Assembly (NCBI GenBank): GCA_963718895.1
Contig: CAVRAG010000008.1
Location: forward strand, 1,344,001 to 1,408,000
Direction: 5' to 3'
Origin: an uncultured Nitrososphaerota archaeon
GTDB taxonomy: Archaea; Thermoproteota; Nitrososphaeria; Nitrososphaerales; Gagatemarchaeaceae
Length of the DNA stretch: 64,000 nucleotides
The notes under the pieces: model-generated
Database searches by the model: none
What the model saw: only the letters and a program-made list of their open reading frames with translations
What the model was told of the DNA's origin: nothing
Translations under genes and position numbers: made by a program
In this document: one piece after another, positions 46,741-55,830 of the stretch
How the letters are laid out: every line of letters starts with the position of its first letter
How positions within the stretch are numbered: position 1 is the first letter of the stretch

Positions 46741-47508
46741 GTGTCCTTGAAGCTGACCGACAAGGTGGCGATAGTGACGGGCGGAGGATTTGGAATAGGG
46801 AGGGGTGCGAGCCTGCTCTTCGCCTCCGAGGGGGCGAAGGTCGTCGTAGTGGACTGGAACGAGAAGACTGGAACCGAGACGCTGTCTCGTGTCAGCGACG
46901 TGGGTGAGGGAACGTTCATCAGGGCGGACGTGTCGCAGCTGAAGGACATAGACCGGGCGGTGTCCCAGACCGTTCAGAAGTACGGAAAGGTGGACATCCT
47001 TTTCAACAATGCCGGGGTCAACTGCTTCAAGTCGACTCTTCAGACGGAGGAGAGCGACTGGCAGCGCCTGGTCGACATCAACCTCAAGGGCGCGTTCTTC
47101 TTCGCCAAGTCCGTCGCCAGGCCCATGATGGAACGCGGCGGAGGGACGATACTGTTCACCTCATCCATAAGCGGGGTCAGCGGGGAAGACGATCAGGTGG
47201 CGTACTCAGCGACCAAGGGTGGCATAATCGCCCTGGTGACCGCGATGGCGAAGGACCTCGGCCGGTACAAGATTCGCGTGAACTGCCTCCTTCCAGGACC
47301 CATAGACACTCAGCAGTTCAGGGACTGGATGAGCTCCAAGGCCGACCCTGACCGGGGCTTCGCTGACGCGATCGACAGCACGATCCTGAAGAGGGTCGGG
47401 TTGCCCGTCGATGTCGCCAAGGCCGCGCTCTTCCTGGTCTCGGACGATGCATCCTGGGTTACAGGGATCGCGATGCCGGTCGACGGCGGCTACCTGGTCA
47501 GGCACTAG
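46741..47508 (+). CDS. SDR oxidoreductase
   Basis: TGGGFGIG, NNAG, YSATK, PG.IDT. Confidence 0.92.
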   Translation: MSLKLTDKVAIVTGGGFGIGRGASLLFASEGAKVVVVDWNEKTGTETLSRVSDVGEGTFIRADVSQLKDIDRAVSQTVQKYGKVDILFNNAGVNCFKSTLQTEESDWQRLVDINLKGAFFFAKSVARPMMERGGGTILFTSSISGVSGEDDQVAYSATKGGIIALVTAMAKDLGRYKIRVNCLLPGPIDTQQFRDWMSSKADPDRGFADAIDSTILKRVGLPVDVAKAALFLVSDDASWVTGIAMPVDGGYLVRH

Positions 47509-47535
47509 TCCCACAGAGACTGAGCGGGAGAGAGC

Positions 47536-49131
47536 TCACTCCGGTGGGATTTCCTTGAAGACCAGCGAGATGTCCATCCCGCGCTTCTTGTGGTAGCTCT
47601 TCATCCCGAAGTAGAACACGAGCCCCAGGATGAATGCGCCGGTCACGGTCCCCAGCGTGATCGCCCCGAGCGGGCCTCCGACGGCGGGGTTGTCGAGGGC
47701 TGCGAACAGCATGATCGCGACGAAGGCGACGCTGTAGAGGCCTGTCACGGCGATGATCGGGATGCGACCGAGCCTCCTCTTGGCAGCATTGGGAGCGGAC
47801 TCGAAGAGGTCCTTCCTCTTGTAGACGAGGAAGACGCCGGCGAAGCCGTCCAGGATGATTGCGGGGAGGAAGAGGTACGTCAGATTGACCGCCCCGAGAT
47901 AGGCCGGTGTCACGACGTAGAAGAAGAGTGTGATCTCGGATATGACAGCGATCGTGATAATCGCAGTGACGGGGCTGTGGAACCTGTCACTCACCCTGCC
48001 GAGCGAAGCCGGGAAGACGCGGTCGAACGACCAAGCCAGGAAGTGGCGGGACGGGACGAGTATGAAGTTCGTGGCTATGAGATACGCCCAGCCGATTATC
48101 CCCAGCATAATCAGGATGTTGAGGTAGATGTTGCTGTTCACAATTGCGAGAAGCGTGTTCACGTACGGCGGCACGCTGAGCGGGTAGCTCGAAGAGCCAT
48201 TCCCGTACAGGTAGGATAGGCTCTGGATGAAGGAGCTGCCGAACGCCCTCTCGGCCAGATATGCTACGAGGGCAAAGAAGCCTGCCGCGTAGACTATGGA
48301 GCCGATGATCGCCGCGGTCATCGTCTTGGTAACCCGCTTCAGCTCACCTGAATAGTAGGTGGAGCTCTGGTAGCCGTTCATCGAGAACCAGCTGAGCGGC
48401 AGGGACAACAGCGTTGGGATTATCAGGTTCTGGGGTATCACCCGGCCGGCCGAGGTTGCGTTCGAGATGGCCGACTGGTAGGCGTTCGCACCCGCGAAGG
48501 TGTTGAATGCGGAGGAGAATGAGCTCTGGTTGACCACTAGAAGCGACCCCACGAGCGTGAGGAACGCCAGCGTCCCTAGGACGAAGAAGACCCGGTTTGC
48601 TCTGAGGACGTTCTTCGTCCCGGTTATCGCGACGATGGTCACGAACAGGATCAGCAGTGAACCTGTGATGAAGCCGCTCGTTGAGGTCGAGAGGCTGGAG
48701 GCCAGATTCGCTAGCCCGGTGTTGTGCGTCACCGCCGCGTAGCTGGTGAGTGGGCCGGCAATGCCGACCGGGATCGCGATAGAGCCGATGTAACCCAGAT
48801 TGAATATCATGGCAACGACGAAGATCATGCTCATCGCCATTCCCAGGGCAGGGTTCACCATCCTGCTGAGGGAGACGTAGGAACCGCTCGCGCTTCTCGG
48901 CAGGACGGAGCTGATCTGGAGGTAGAAGTATCCGTGCACCGCCGCCAGGAGTCCCATCAAGAGGAACGAGCCTGAGACACTGACCCCGGGGAAGAGGCTC
49001 CACTCGCCTGTGAAGATTGGAATGAACGTCGGTCCGACGATGAATCCTAGAGAGAGAATTATTGTGTCTAACGGGCCGATTTCCCGAATGAGTCCTGTTG
49101 CTTCCCTAAGGAAGACGACGGGCTTTGCCAA
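47536..49131 (-). CDS. APC-family amino acid/amine permease
   Basis: FLREATGL.RE N-terminus, about 12 TM segments, SGE.K, AWSFDR..P. Confidence 0.9.
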   Translation of the reverse strand: MAKPVVFLREATGLIREIGPLDTIILSLGFIVGPTFIPIFTGEWSLFPGVSVSGSFLLMGLLAAVHGYFYLQISSVLPRSASGSYVSLSRMVNPALGMAMSMIFVVAMIFNLGYIGSIAIPVGIAGPLTSYAAVTHNTGLANLASSLSTSTSGFITGSLLILFVTIVAITGTKNVLRANRVFFVLGTLAFLTLVGSLLVVNQSSFSSAFNTFAGANAYQSAISNATSAGRVIPQNLIIPTLLSLPLSWFSMNGYQSSTYYSGELKRVTKTMTAAIIGSIVYAAGFFALVAYLAERAFGSSFIQSLSYLYGNGSSSYPLSVPPYVNTLLAIVNSNIYLNILIMLGIIGWAYLIATNFILVPSRHFLAWSFDRVFPASLGRVSDRFHSPVTAIITIAVISEITLFFYVVTPAYLGAVNLTYLFLPAIILDGFAGVFLVYKRKDLFESAPNAAKRRLGRIPIIAVTGLYSVAFVAIMLFAALDNPAVGGPLGAITLGTVTGAFILGLVFYFGMKSYHKKRGMDISLVFKEIPPE

Positions 49132-49159
49132 CCTTACAAACTACGGTTAGAATATATTT

Positions 49160-49172
49160 AAAGTTATAGATT
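49160..49172 (-). promoter_or_regulatory. TATA box of the APC permease in an AT-rich divergent promoter region
   Basis: TTTAAATATATT on the minus strand about 30-40 nt upstream of TTG 49131. Confidence 0.6.
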
Positions 49173-49314
49173 ATGCCACTCTACATATGTTATGCTGTAA
49201 TTAGTTTATGTCCTCGGAGGCAAGACCGCCACCGCTGCCTGGGCGAGATGTACGCGCTCGGCGGCCAGGGCGAGGCCGTCCGGTCGGCCATAACCTAATT
49301 ATAACGCGGGCCCG

Positions 49315-50802
49315 TTGGTTTCAGTCGTGGTCGCCCGGCAGAAAAGAGCTCGACCGACTTCGCAGAAGAGTCCTGTCTACGTCTACATCTGGTTCGACAT
49401 CGAGGATTACGTGACCGAAGAGTCTGACGACCTTCCTCTCGTCGCGCTGTCGATACTCGATAAGCATGGCGCACGCGCCACGTGCAAGATGGTCGCGGAG
49501 AAGGTCCGTGTCCTCCTCGAACGGAACAGGTCGGATGTGATCTCGGCGATATCGGCCCACGACGTGGGCTATCACCTGGACACCCACAGCAGGCACCCGA
49601 CGGTCTACGAGTATCTCTCGGGCAAGGACACACTGGACGGCGCGAGGGAGTTCGAGGAGAGGGAGCGGGCGGGTCTGGCATTAGTTGAGAAGACGTTCGG
49701 CAGAAGCTCCTCTTGCTTCGGACACCCGGGTCCTGCGTGGGGTCCCCACTACTATCCGGCGATGCAGAGCATGGGCATCCCTGTCTACCTCGACGAGACC
49801 CCAATCGTCAACCTAGGCAACCAGCCTTACTGGTATTGCGGCGTGCTGAACCTCAACGGGGCCAACGAGAACTTCGTCAAGTTCGACTACACCTTCGAGA
49901 GTCCCAAGGGGATAACGAAACTCAAGGAGCAGTTTGAGGAAATCCACGGGAGGCTGGAGAGGGGACAGGGAGGGTGCATCAGCTTCCTCTTCCACCTTCA
50001 CACAGCCATAAACAAGGAGTTCTGGGATGCGGTGAACTTCGTCCACGGCCAGAACAGGACGAAGGAGGAGTACGCCCGTCCACCCCCGCAGCCGCTCGAG
50101 GTGACCGAACGCGCGTGGAGGGACTTCGACGAGATGATCGGGTTCATGTCGTCGTTCGAAGACGTCCGTTTCATTACGGCGTCTGACGCCCGGAGGATCT
50201 ACCGAAGGAGGAGACCTTCCTATGACCGAGAGTTGGTGGAGTCGACCTTGGAGAAGCTCGGGAAGGGCGTGAAGTACGTGAGCGTGAAGGATGACTTCGC
50301 TTCGCCCTCGGAGCTCTTCTACGTGATCGTCAAGTGCCTCTCGTCGATCTCCAGGACCGGGAAGCTTCCTGTGAGCATCCGGCCCAGGGAACCCCTAGGC
50401 CCTGCCGCGACCAGGGATCCGAGCCCCCCCCCGAGAGTCGAGGTCAAGGAGCTAATCTCCGTGTCTGTGAGACTCGCCGCCGAGATGGACAAGACGGGGA
50501 GGCTCCCCTCGCTGGTTCGGCTCGGGGACGGCACAGAGCTCTCCACCTCCGACTTCATGATGACCTCGGCGAAGATTCTGAGGTCCTTCCTGGCGGGGAG
50601 ACCTCTTCCCACTGCGACGGGAGTGGTGAGGTCAGAGTTCCTCCAGTCGAGGTTCGTGGACGCCGAAGCCTTTCGGACCGCCTGCCGGTGGCCCGTCCTC
50701 CCGGATGGGTTCACGGCGCCGCGAATCCTCCAGGAAATCACCCTGCAGACCTGGACCCTTCGGCCCGCCGTAGCGCGGGCACCGCAGGCAGCCCGGCCAT
50801 GA
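49315..50802 (+). CDS. Polysaccharide deacetylase-like (CE4/NodB-fold) hydrolase with C-terminal extension
   Basis: FDIED motif, GYH...HSRHP metal-binding His pair. Confidence 0.78.
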   Translation: MVSVVVARQKRARPTSQKSPVYVYIWFDIEDYVTEESDDLPLVALSILDKHGARATCKMVAEKVRVLLERNRSDVISAISAHDVGYHLDTHSRHPTVYEYLSGKDTLDGAREFEERERAGLALVEKTFGRSSSCFGHPGPAWGPHYYPAMQSMGIPVYLDETPIVNLGNQPYWYCGVLNLNGANENFVKFDYTFESPKGITKLKEQFEEIHGRLERGQGGCISFLFHLHTAINKEFWDAVNFVHGQNRTKEEYARPPPQPLEVTERAWRDFDEMIGFMSSFEDVRFITASDARRIYRRRRPSYDRELVESTLEKLGKGVKYVSVKDDFASPSELFYVIVKCLSSISRTGKLPVSIRPREPLGPAATRDPSPPPRVEVKELISVSVRLAAEMDKTGRLPSLVRLGDGTELSTSDFMMTSAKILRSFLAGRPLPTATGVVRSEFLQSRFVDAEAFRTACRWPVLPDGFTAPRILQEITLQTWTLRPAVARAPQAARP

Positions 50803-50834
50803 CCCAGGCGGAGCGGAGGGCGGAGGCCGATCGG

Positions 50835-51635
50835 TCAGCCAAGCGTGTATCCCCCGTCGACTACCAGTGCATGCCCTATCACGAAGGAGGAACGCGGAGA
50901 GGCCAAGAACAGGGCCGTCTGCGCGACCTCCTCAGGTCTTCCAAGCCGCCCGATCGGCTGTCTTCCGACCCACATCCTCCTGGCCGCCTCCGGGTCGGGC
51001 TCCGTCATCAGCTCCCTCTCGATCATCGGCGTCTGGATCGGACCGGGGCAGATGCAGTTCACGCGGATGTTATGACGGATTTGTTCGAGCGCCATCGTCT
51101 TCGTAAGTAGCACGACTCCTCCCTTGGAGGCGCAGTAGGTGGCGAAGTTCTCGAGCCCGACCAGCCCCAGCTGCGACGCCATGTTCACTATCACCCCTCC
51201 TCCCCTCTTGACCATCTCCGGGACCGCGTATCTCGAGACGAGGAAGACGCCCTTCAGGTTCGTGTCGAGCACCCTGTCCCACTCCTCTTCGGTCGTCTCG
51301 GTCATCGGCTTCAGTAGCTCCACCCCGGCATTGTTGCACAGGATGTCTACGCCTCCGAATCTCTCCGACGCCGCACCGACCAGCCTCCGGGCGTCTTTGT
51401 CGCTTCGGACATCGGCCTTCACGTGCCAGGCCGCGCCCCCTGCCCTGGTAATCGAACCTGCCGTCGTGCCTTCGGTGATGTCGGCGATTACCACGCTCGC
51501 CCCCTCTGCGGCGAAGAGTTCGGAGATCGCCCTTCCTATCCCTGAATCTCCCCCGGTCACTATGGCTACCTTTCCCGAGAGCTCCAATTCTTTCACGCAG
51601 ACCAATCGGGCCGCGTCGATATTTGACTTTCCCAT
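50835..51635 (-). CDS. SDR oxidoreductase
   Basis: TGGDSGIG, NNAG, YCASK, CPG.IQT. Confidence 0.92.
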   Translation of the reverse strand: MGKSNIDAARLVCVKELELSGKVAIVTGGDSGIGRAISELFAAEGASVVIADITEGTTAGSITRAGGAAWHVKADVRSDKDARRLVGAASERFGGVDILCNNAGVELLKPMTETTEEEWDRVLDTNLKGVFLVSRYAVPEMVKRGGGVIVNMASQLGLVGLENFATYCASKGGVVLLTKTMALEQIRHNIRVNCICPGPIQTPMIERELMTEPDPEAARRMWVGRQPIGRLGRPEEVAQTALFLASPRSSFVIGHALVVDGGYTLG

Positions 51636-51674
51636 CTCACCCTAAGGACGGCCCCGGGCCGGTGGGCCTGGCGG

Positions 51675-52346
51675 TCACAGGACCCCGTATTTGGCGTAGA
51701 CTTCCTTGAGCGTTCTGCCCTGAAGGAGTTCGCTCCTGGTGACATTCTCCTTGGTCACCTTCTCGAACGCCCTTTCCAGCACGGACCTCTCCACGGCCCT
51801 TGGGACGACGACGACCCCGTCGTAATCTCCCACCACGAGATCGCCAGTCTCGACGTGGACCCCGCCGCACTCGACGGGTTCATCGTAGCTGACGACGCGG
51901 CCTCTCCCCGCTGAGTCGAGAGGGGAGATGGCCGCCGCGAAGACAGGGAACTTCGTCTCGAAGATCTTCTTCACATCCCTCACGCAGCTGTCGATTATCG
52001 CCCCGACCGCGCCCCTGCACCCGGCTGCGGTGCTCATGAGCTCGCCCCAAGGGGCGTTCCTCAGCGCGAAGTCGGTGTTGGTCACCACGACGTCTCCCCT
52101 CCTCAGGTCGTCCATGAACGCGATCTCGACCTCGTACGGGTTCGGGTCGGGTGCGTAGACGTCGATCCAGGTGACCGTCCTGGCCCGTCCGACCACCTTG
52201 AAGTCCTCCCGGAGTGGACGGATCCGTGGAGCCATGGCCTGCTTTCGATATCCCACCGAGTCCAGCGAGTCGGAGATTACTGGTACGTAGAGAATCTCCC
52301 TGATCCTGTCGAAACTTTCTGAATCCGGTCCAGAAGACAAGGACAT
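51675..52346 (-). CDS. RraA-family / HMG-CHA aldolase-like protein
   Basis: SD.LD..G, GRART, WGELMS, RD, GD.DGVV. Confidence 0.9.
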   Translation of the reverse strand: MSLSSGPDSESFDRIREILYVPVISDSLDSVGYRKQAMAPRIRPLREDFKVVGRARTVTWIDVYAPDPNPYEVEIAFMDDLRRGDVVVTNTDFALRNAPWGELMSTAAGCRGAVGAIIDSCVRDVKKIFETKFPVFAAAISPLDSAGRGRVVSYDEPVECGGVHVETGDLVVGDYDGVVVVPRAVERSVLERAFEKVTKENVTRSELLQGRTLKEVYAKYGVL

Positions 52347-52473
52347 GGATTGTCCCAGTTTGTGTATTAAGTGTTCCAGAAAATCACGGGAAACGGTCGT
52401 GGCCTGAGGGGCCGGCTTTTCGTCTACGCGGAGCTGAACAAAGTCTTTAACGCCGGAACTCCTTTTCCTTGAC

Positions 52474-53724
52474 GTGGACTTCCTAGAAACGACGATGCGA
52501 AGGAATCCTGGCCTGATAAGGGCCGCCTTCGAGTGTTATGCCTCTGGACGGATCCATCAGGACACATACGTCCTCGACCTGGATGCCATCAGGCTGAACT
52601 CGTCTTCCATCTGCCGCGCGGCGAAGGAAGCTGGACTGAAGACGTACTTCGAGGCCAAGCAGTTCGGGCGCAACCCGCTGGCGTGCCAGGAAGTGGTGAA
52701 ATCCGGGATGAGTGAGGCGATAGCTATCGACATGGAGGAGGCGAAGAGCCTGCACCGGTCCGGCGTGAAGGTGGGCCACGTGGGCCACCTGGGTCAGGTG
52801 CCGGGCGCGGAGGCGAGCTACGTCGTAGGAACGGTCTCTCCAGAGGTGATAACGGTGTACAACGCAGAGAAGGCGGCCCAGATCTCCAGGGCCGCGAAGC
52901 AGGCGGGGAAGAAGCAGAAGCTGCTCCTCAAGGTGGTGGGAGACGCCGACCTCGCGTACAACACCCTCGGCGGCGGCGTCGCGGAACGGGACCTGATCCC
53001 CGTCGCAAGGCGGATCAAGCCAATGCCGAACGTCGCCGTGGTGGGGGTCACCTCCTATCCCGCTATGCGATACAACCTGGAGACCCGGAGGGTTGAGCCC
53101 ACCCCGAACTTCGAGACGCTGATCAGGTGCGCGGCGAAGCTCAAGGACGCAGGTTTCGAGATCGAGCAGATCAACCCGGCCGGATTGAGCTCGACCTCAA
53201 CGATGAAGATCCTCGCGGAGAACGGGGGGACCCATGCCGAACCTGGACAGGCGCTGCTGGGGATGACCCCACTCCACGGCTTCAGCGACGAGCCCGAGAT
53301 ACCGGGCATGGTGTACGTCACCGAGGTCGACCACGTCATGGGAGCGAGGGCCTTCGCCTACGGATCCGGGTTCGTGGCCAATATCACGACGGGCGTCTGG
53401 AACCCGCTGACCTACGAGTATCTCTACGCCCTCGCCGGGAGCACGTTTGGGGAGCTGCTGAGACAGAGGGTGGTCCTCGAACCCCCCGTGATTCCGGGGT
53501 CTGACCCCTCCTTCTTCATGTACCTCACCCTCAGGAGGACCCCTGGCGCGACGCTGAAGGTGGGACAGACCGTAATCACGGGCTGCAGGGGCCAGGTCTA
53601 CCGCGCGAACTCGGTCAAGGTGGCTGTGATCGACGGGATCCAGAGGGGAAAGCCCAGGCTGAAGGGGGTGTACGACAGGAACGGAATCAGGCTGGAAGGC
53701 CCGAGCGACACCCCGGCGGTGTAG
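52474..53724 (+). CDS. YhfX-like PLP-dependent enzyme (alanine racemase fold)
   Basis: RRNP.LI, Y.LDLD, KQFGRNP, HVGHL.Q.P, THAEPG..L.G.TP, YVTEV.H. Confidence 0.85.
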   Translation: MDFLETTMRRNPGLIRAAFECYASGRIHQDTYVLDLDAIRLNSSSICRAAKEAGLKTYFEAKQFGRNPLACQEVVKSGMSEAIAIDMEEAKSLHRSGVKVGHVGHLGQVPGAEASYVVGTVSPEVITVYNAEKAAQISRAAKQAGKKQKLLLKVVGDADLAYNTLGGGVAERDLIPVARRIKPMPNVAVVGVTSYPAMRYNLETRRVEPTPNFETLIRCAAKLKDAGFEIEQINPAGLSSTSTMKILAENGGTHAEPGQALLGMTPLHGFSDEPEIPGMVYVTEVDHVMGARAFAYGSGFVANITTGVWNPLTYEYLYALAGSTFGELLRQRVVLEPPVIPGSDPSFFMYLTLRRTPGATLKVGQTVITGCRGQVYRANSVKVAVIDGIQRGKPRLKGVYDRNGIRLEGPSDTPAV

Positions 53725-53733
53725 CCCCCTCGT

Positions 53734-55830
53734 CTAGAGCAGGTCCTCTATCTTGGATTCCTTCGAGAAGTACTGAATCGTGTGTATCTTGACGTCAGAG
53801 CCCTTCATCAATCCCACCAACCTTCTGATCACATAGGGGTCCGTCGCCAGGACTTTGCCGTAGTGGAAGCGATCTCCCCGCTCTGACACGAAGCGGAGCA
53901 CCCCTGGGAAGTCACGTGAGGCTTCCTCCAGTCTCCCGAGGGTCTCCTCCGACCGGGTCAGCAGCCAGGCGAGCGTGCTCAGCCTCTCGTAGAGGTGGGA
54001 GACGTCGAAGGGCGACTCTCCACCCCGGAGCTTCATCCTCAGGCCCTCGGTCGCGTCTGCGTCCACGGTGAAATCCTCCTTCACTACCACGCCGTAGAAC
54101 CTCTTAGCCCCCTCCATGGAGACGTACCTGTTCCTGACGTCCGACGCGACCCTTGAGGGGTCCCGTTCAAGCGGGTCGCCGTAACCGCCTCCACCGGTAA
54201 GGCTCAGCTCCACCCTGTCTCCACGATGGAGGGTGATGTTCGACCACTTGGATGGCGACAGCTTCCCGTAGAGATCGGTGGCGTGCCCGAACGTCGCGTT
54301 CCCCGAAGGGGTGAGCCTGGTGTCACAGAAGTGTCCGCACGAGAGCGGCGAAGGAGGAAGTCCCCCGAAGACCCCATAGGGCGATATCTTGTGCCGTTCG
54401 GACAGCGAGGAGAGTTCCGCCTCCGGGGCGAGCAGCTTCCAGCCGTAGATCGTTCCCATCCCGCCCCTCTGCCTTCCCGCACCGCAGGAGTCTGGCGACG
54501 AGAGCTCGAACCTCTCGGTCAGCAGCGGGTAGCGCGTGTCCTGCACCTCGATGACCGGTCCCTTGTTGTTGGTCGCGAACGGCATCTGCGCCGGGTTCCC
54601 GTCCCTTCCGGCGCGCGCTCCCATGCCTCCCAGCCCCCAGAGGTACATGACCCACTGGTCTTCGGGCCTGCCTCGTATGTCTCCTCCCGTCAGCCCTGAA
54701 CAGGTCCCGTGGCACGCCGCCTTGACGTTCTCCTCAGGAACGGCCTGTGAGAGAGCCCCTATCATCACGTCGACTATCCTGTTCGACGTCTCTGTGTTGC
54801 CGCCCTGGACCGGGGCCGGATAGCTGGCGTTCGTGACGGTCCCCGCAGGGATCTCCGCCCTGATCGGTCTGAAGGTGCCCGCGTTGAGCTGGTACTCCCC
54901 GTGGATCGGCAGGCAGTGGAGCGTGCCGATGTAGGTGTTGCCGAGCGTGACGGCGTAGGCGCAGTTGATCGGTCCCTTGGCCTGCTGGCTGGACCCCGAG
55001 TAGTCGGCCAGCAGGGTCCCGTCCTTTATCCTGACCCTGACCTTGATCCTTAGGGGACTGGGGGTGTTCCCGCTGTCGTCGACGTAGTCCTCATACGAGT
55101 ACGAGCCTTCAGGGAGCGTGGACAGCTCCCTCCTGATGACGCCTTCGGATATGTCCTTTATCTTCCCGAGGATGGTCTCCCAGGTCTCGACCCCGTAGCT
55201 GTCGGAGTACTCCAGGACCCGTCGTTCCGCGACCTTGAGCGCCCCCAGGACGGCCCTCATGTCGCCCTCGAAGGCCCTGGAAACGCGGACGTTGGTGAGT
55301 ATCAGCCTCCACAGGTCGCCGACCTCCTGGCCGCGCGAAAGCAGCTTGATGGCCGGGAGCCTCAGTCCCTCCTGGTGTATCTCGGTCGTATCACCTGCGA
55401 AGCTCCCCGGGACCGAGGCGCCGACATCGATCATGTGCGCCCTCGCCGCCGCTATGGCTACAATCCGCTTTCCGGAGAAGACGGGTCGCATGAAGGTGTA
55501 GTCGCTGCAGTGCGACCCGCCGAGGTAGGGGTCGTTGTTCAGGAAGACGTCACCCGGTTCGATGCTCTCCATCCCCACCTGTTCCAGCGTCCTCCTCACC
55601 GCCTGGGGCATCGCCCCGAGGTGGCAGGGGTCGAAGGCCGCCTGCGAGATCATCTCGCCCCCGCCGTCGAAGAGGGCGAACGAGTAGTCCAGCCCTTCGC
55701 TGAAGACTGGGGAGTAGGAGGATCTCTCCATCGAGAGGCCCATCTCCTGGCAGAGCGAGACGATCCCGCCCCTGACTACCTCCAGGGTGATCGGGTCGGT
55801 CTTCCTTGCAGTCAGTGAATCGGTGCTCAT
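53734..55830 (-). CDS. Hydantoinase B / oxoprolinase family subunit with extra C-terminal domain
   Basis: DPITLEV, NDPY.GG.H..D, H..DVG, QEG, GAG..RGG.G, GGGGYGDP..RDP; about 95 extra residues. Confidence 0.92.
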   Translation of the reverse strand: MSTDSLTARKTDPITLEVVRGGIVSLCQEMGLSMERSSYSPVFSEGLDYSFALFDGGGEMISQAAFDPCHLGAMPQAVRRTLEQVGMESIEPGDVFLNNDPYLGGSHCSDYTFMRPVFSGKRIVAIAAARAHMIDVGASVPGSFAGDTTEIHQEGLRLPAIKLLSRGQEVGDLWRLILTNVRVSRAFEGDMRAVLGALKVAERRVLEYSDSYGVETWETILGKIKDISEGVIRRELSTLPEGSYSYEDYVDDSGNTPSPLRIKVRVRIKDGTLLADYSGSSQQAKGPINCAYAVTLGNTYIGTLHCLPIHGEYQLNAGTFRPIRAEIPAGTVTNASYPAPVQGGNTETSNRIVDVMIGALSQAVPEENVKAACHGTCSGLTGGDIRGRPEDQWVMYLWGLGGMGARAGRDGNPAQMPFATNNKGPVIEVQDTRYPLLTERFELSSPDSCGAGRQRGGMGTIYGWKLLAPEAELSSLSERHKISPYGVFGGLPPSPLSCGHFCDTRLTPSGNATFGHATDLYGKLSPSKWSNITLHRGDRVELSLTGGGGYGDPLERDPSRVASDVRNRYVSMEGAKRFYGVVVKEDFTVDADATEGLRMKLRGGESPFDVSHLYERLSTLAWLLTRSEETLGRLEEASRDFPGVLRFVSERGDRFHYGKVLATDPYVIRRLVGLMKGSDVKIHTIQYFSKESKIEDLL

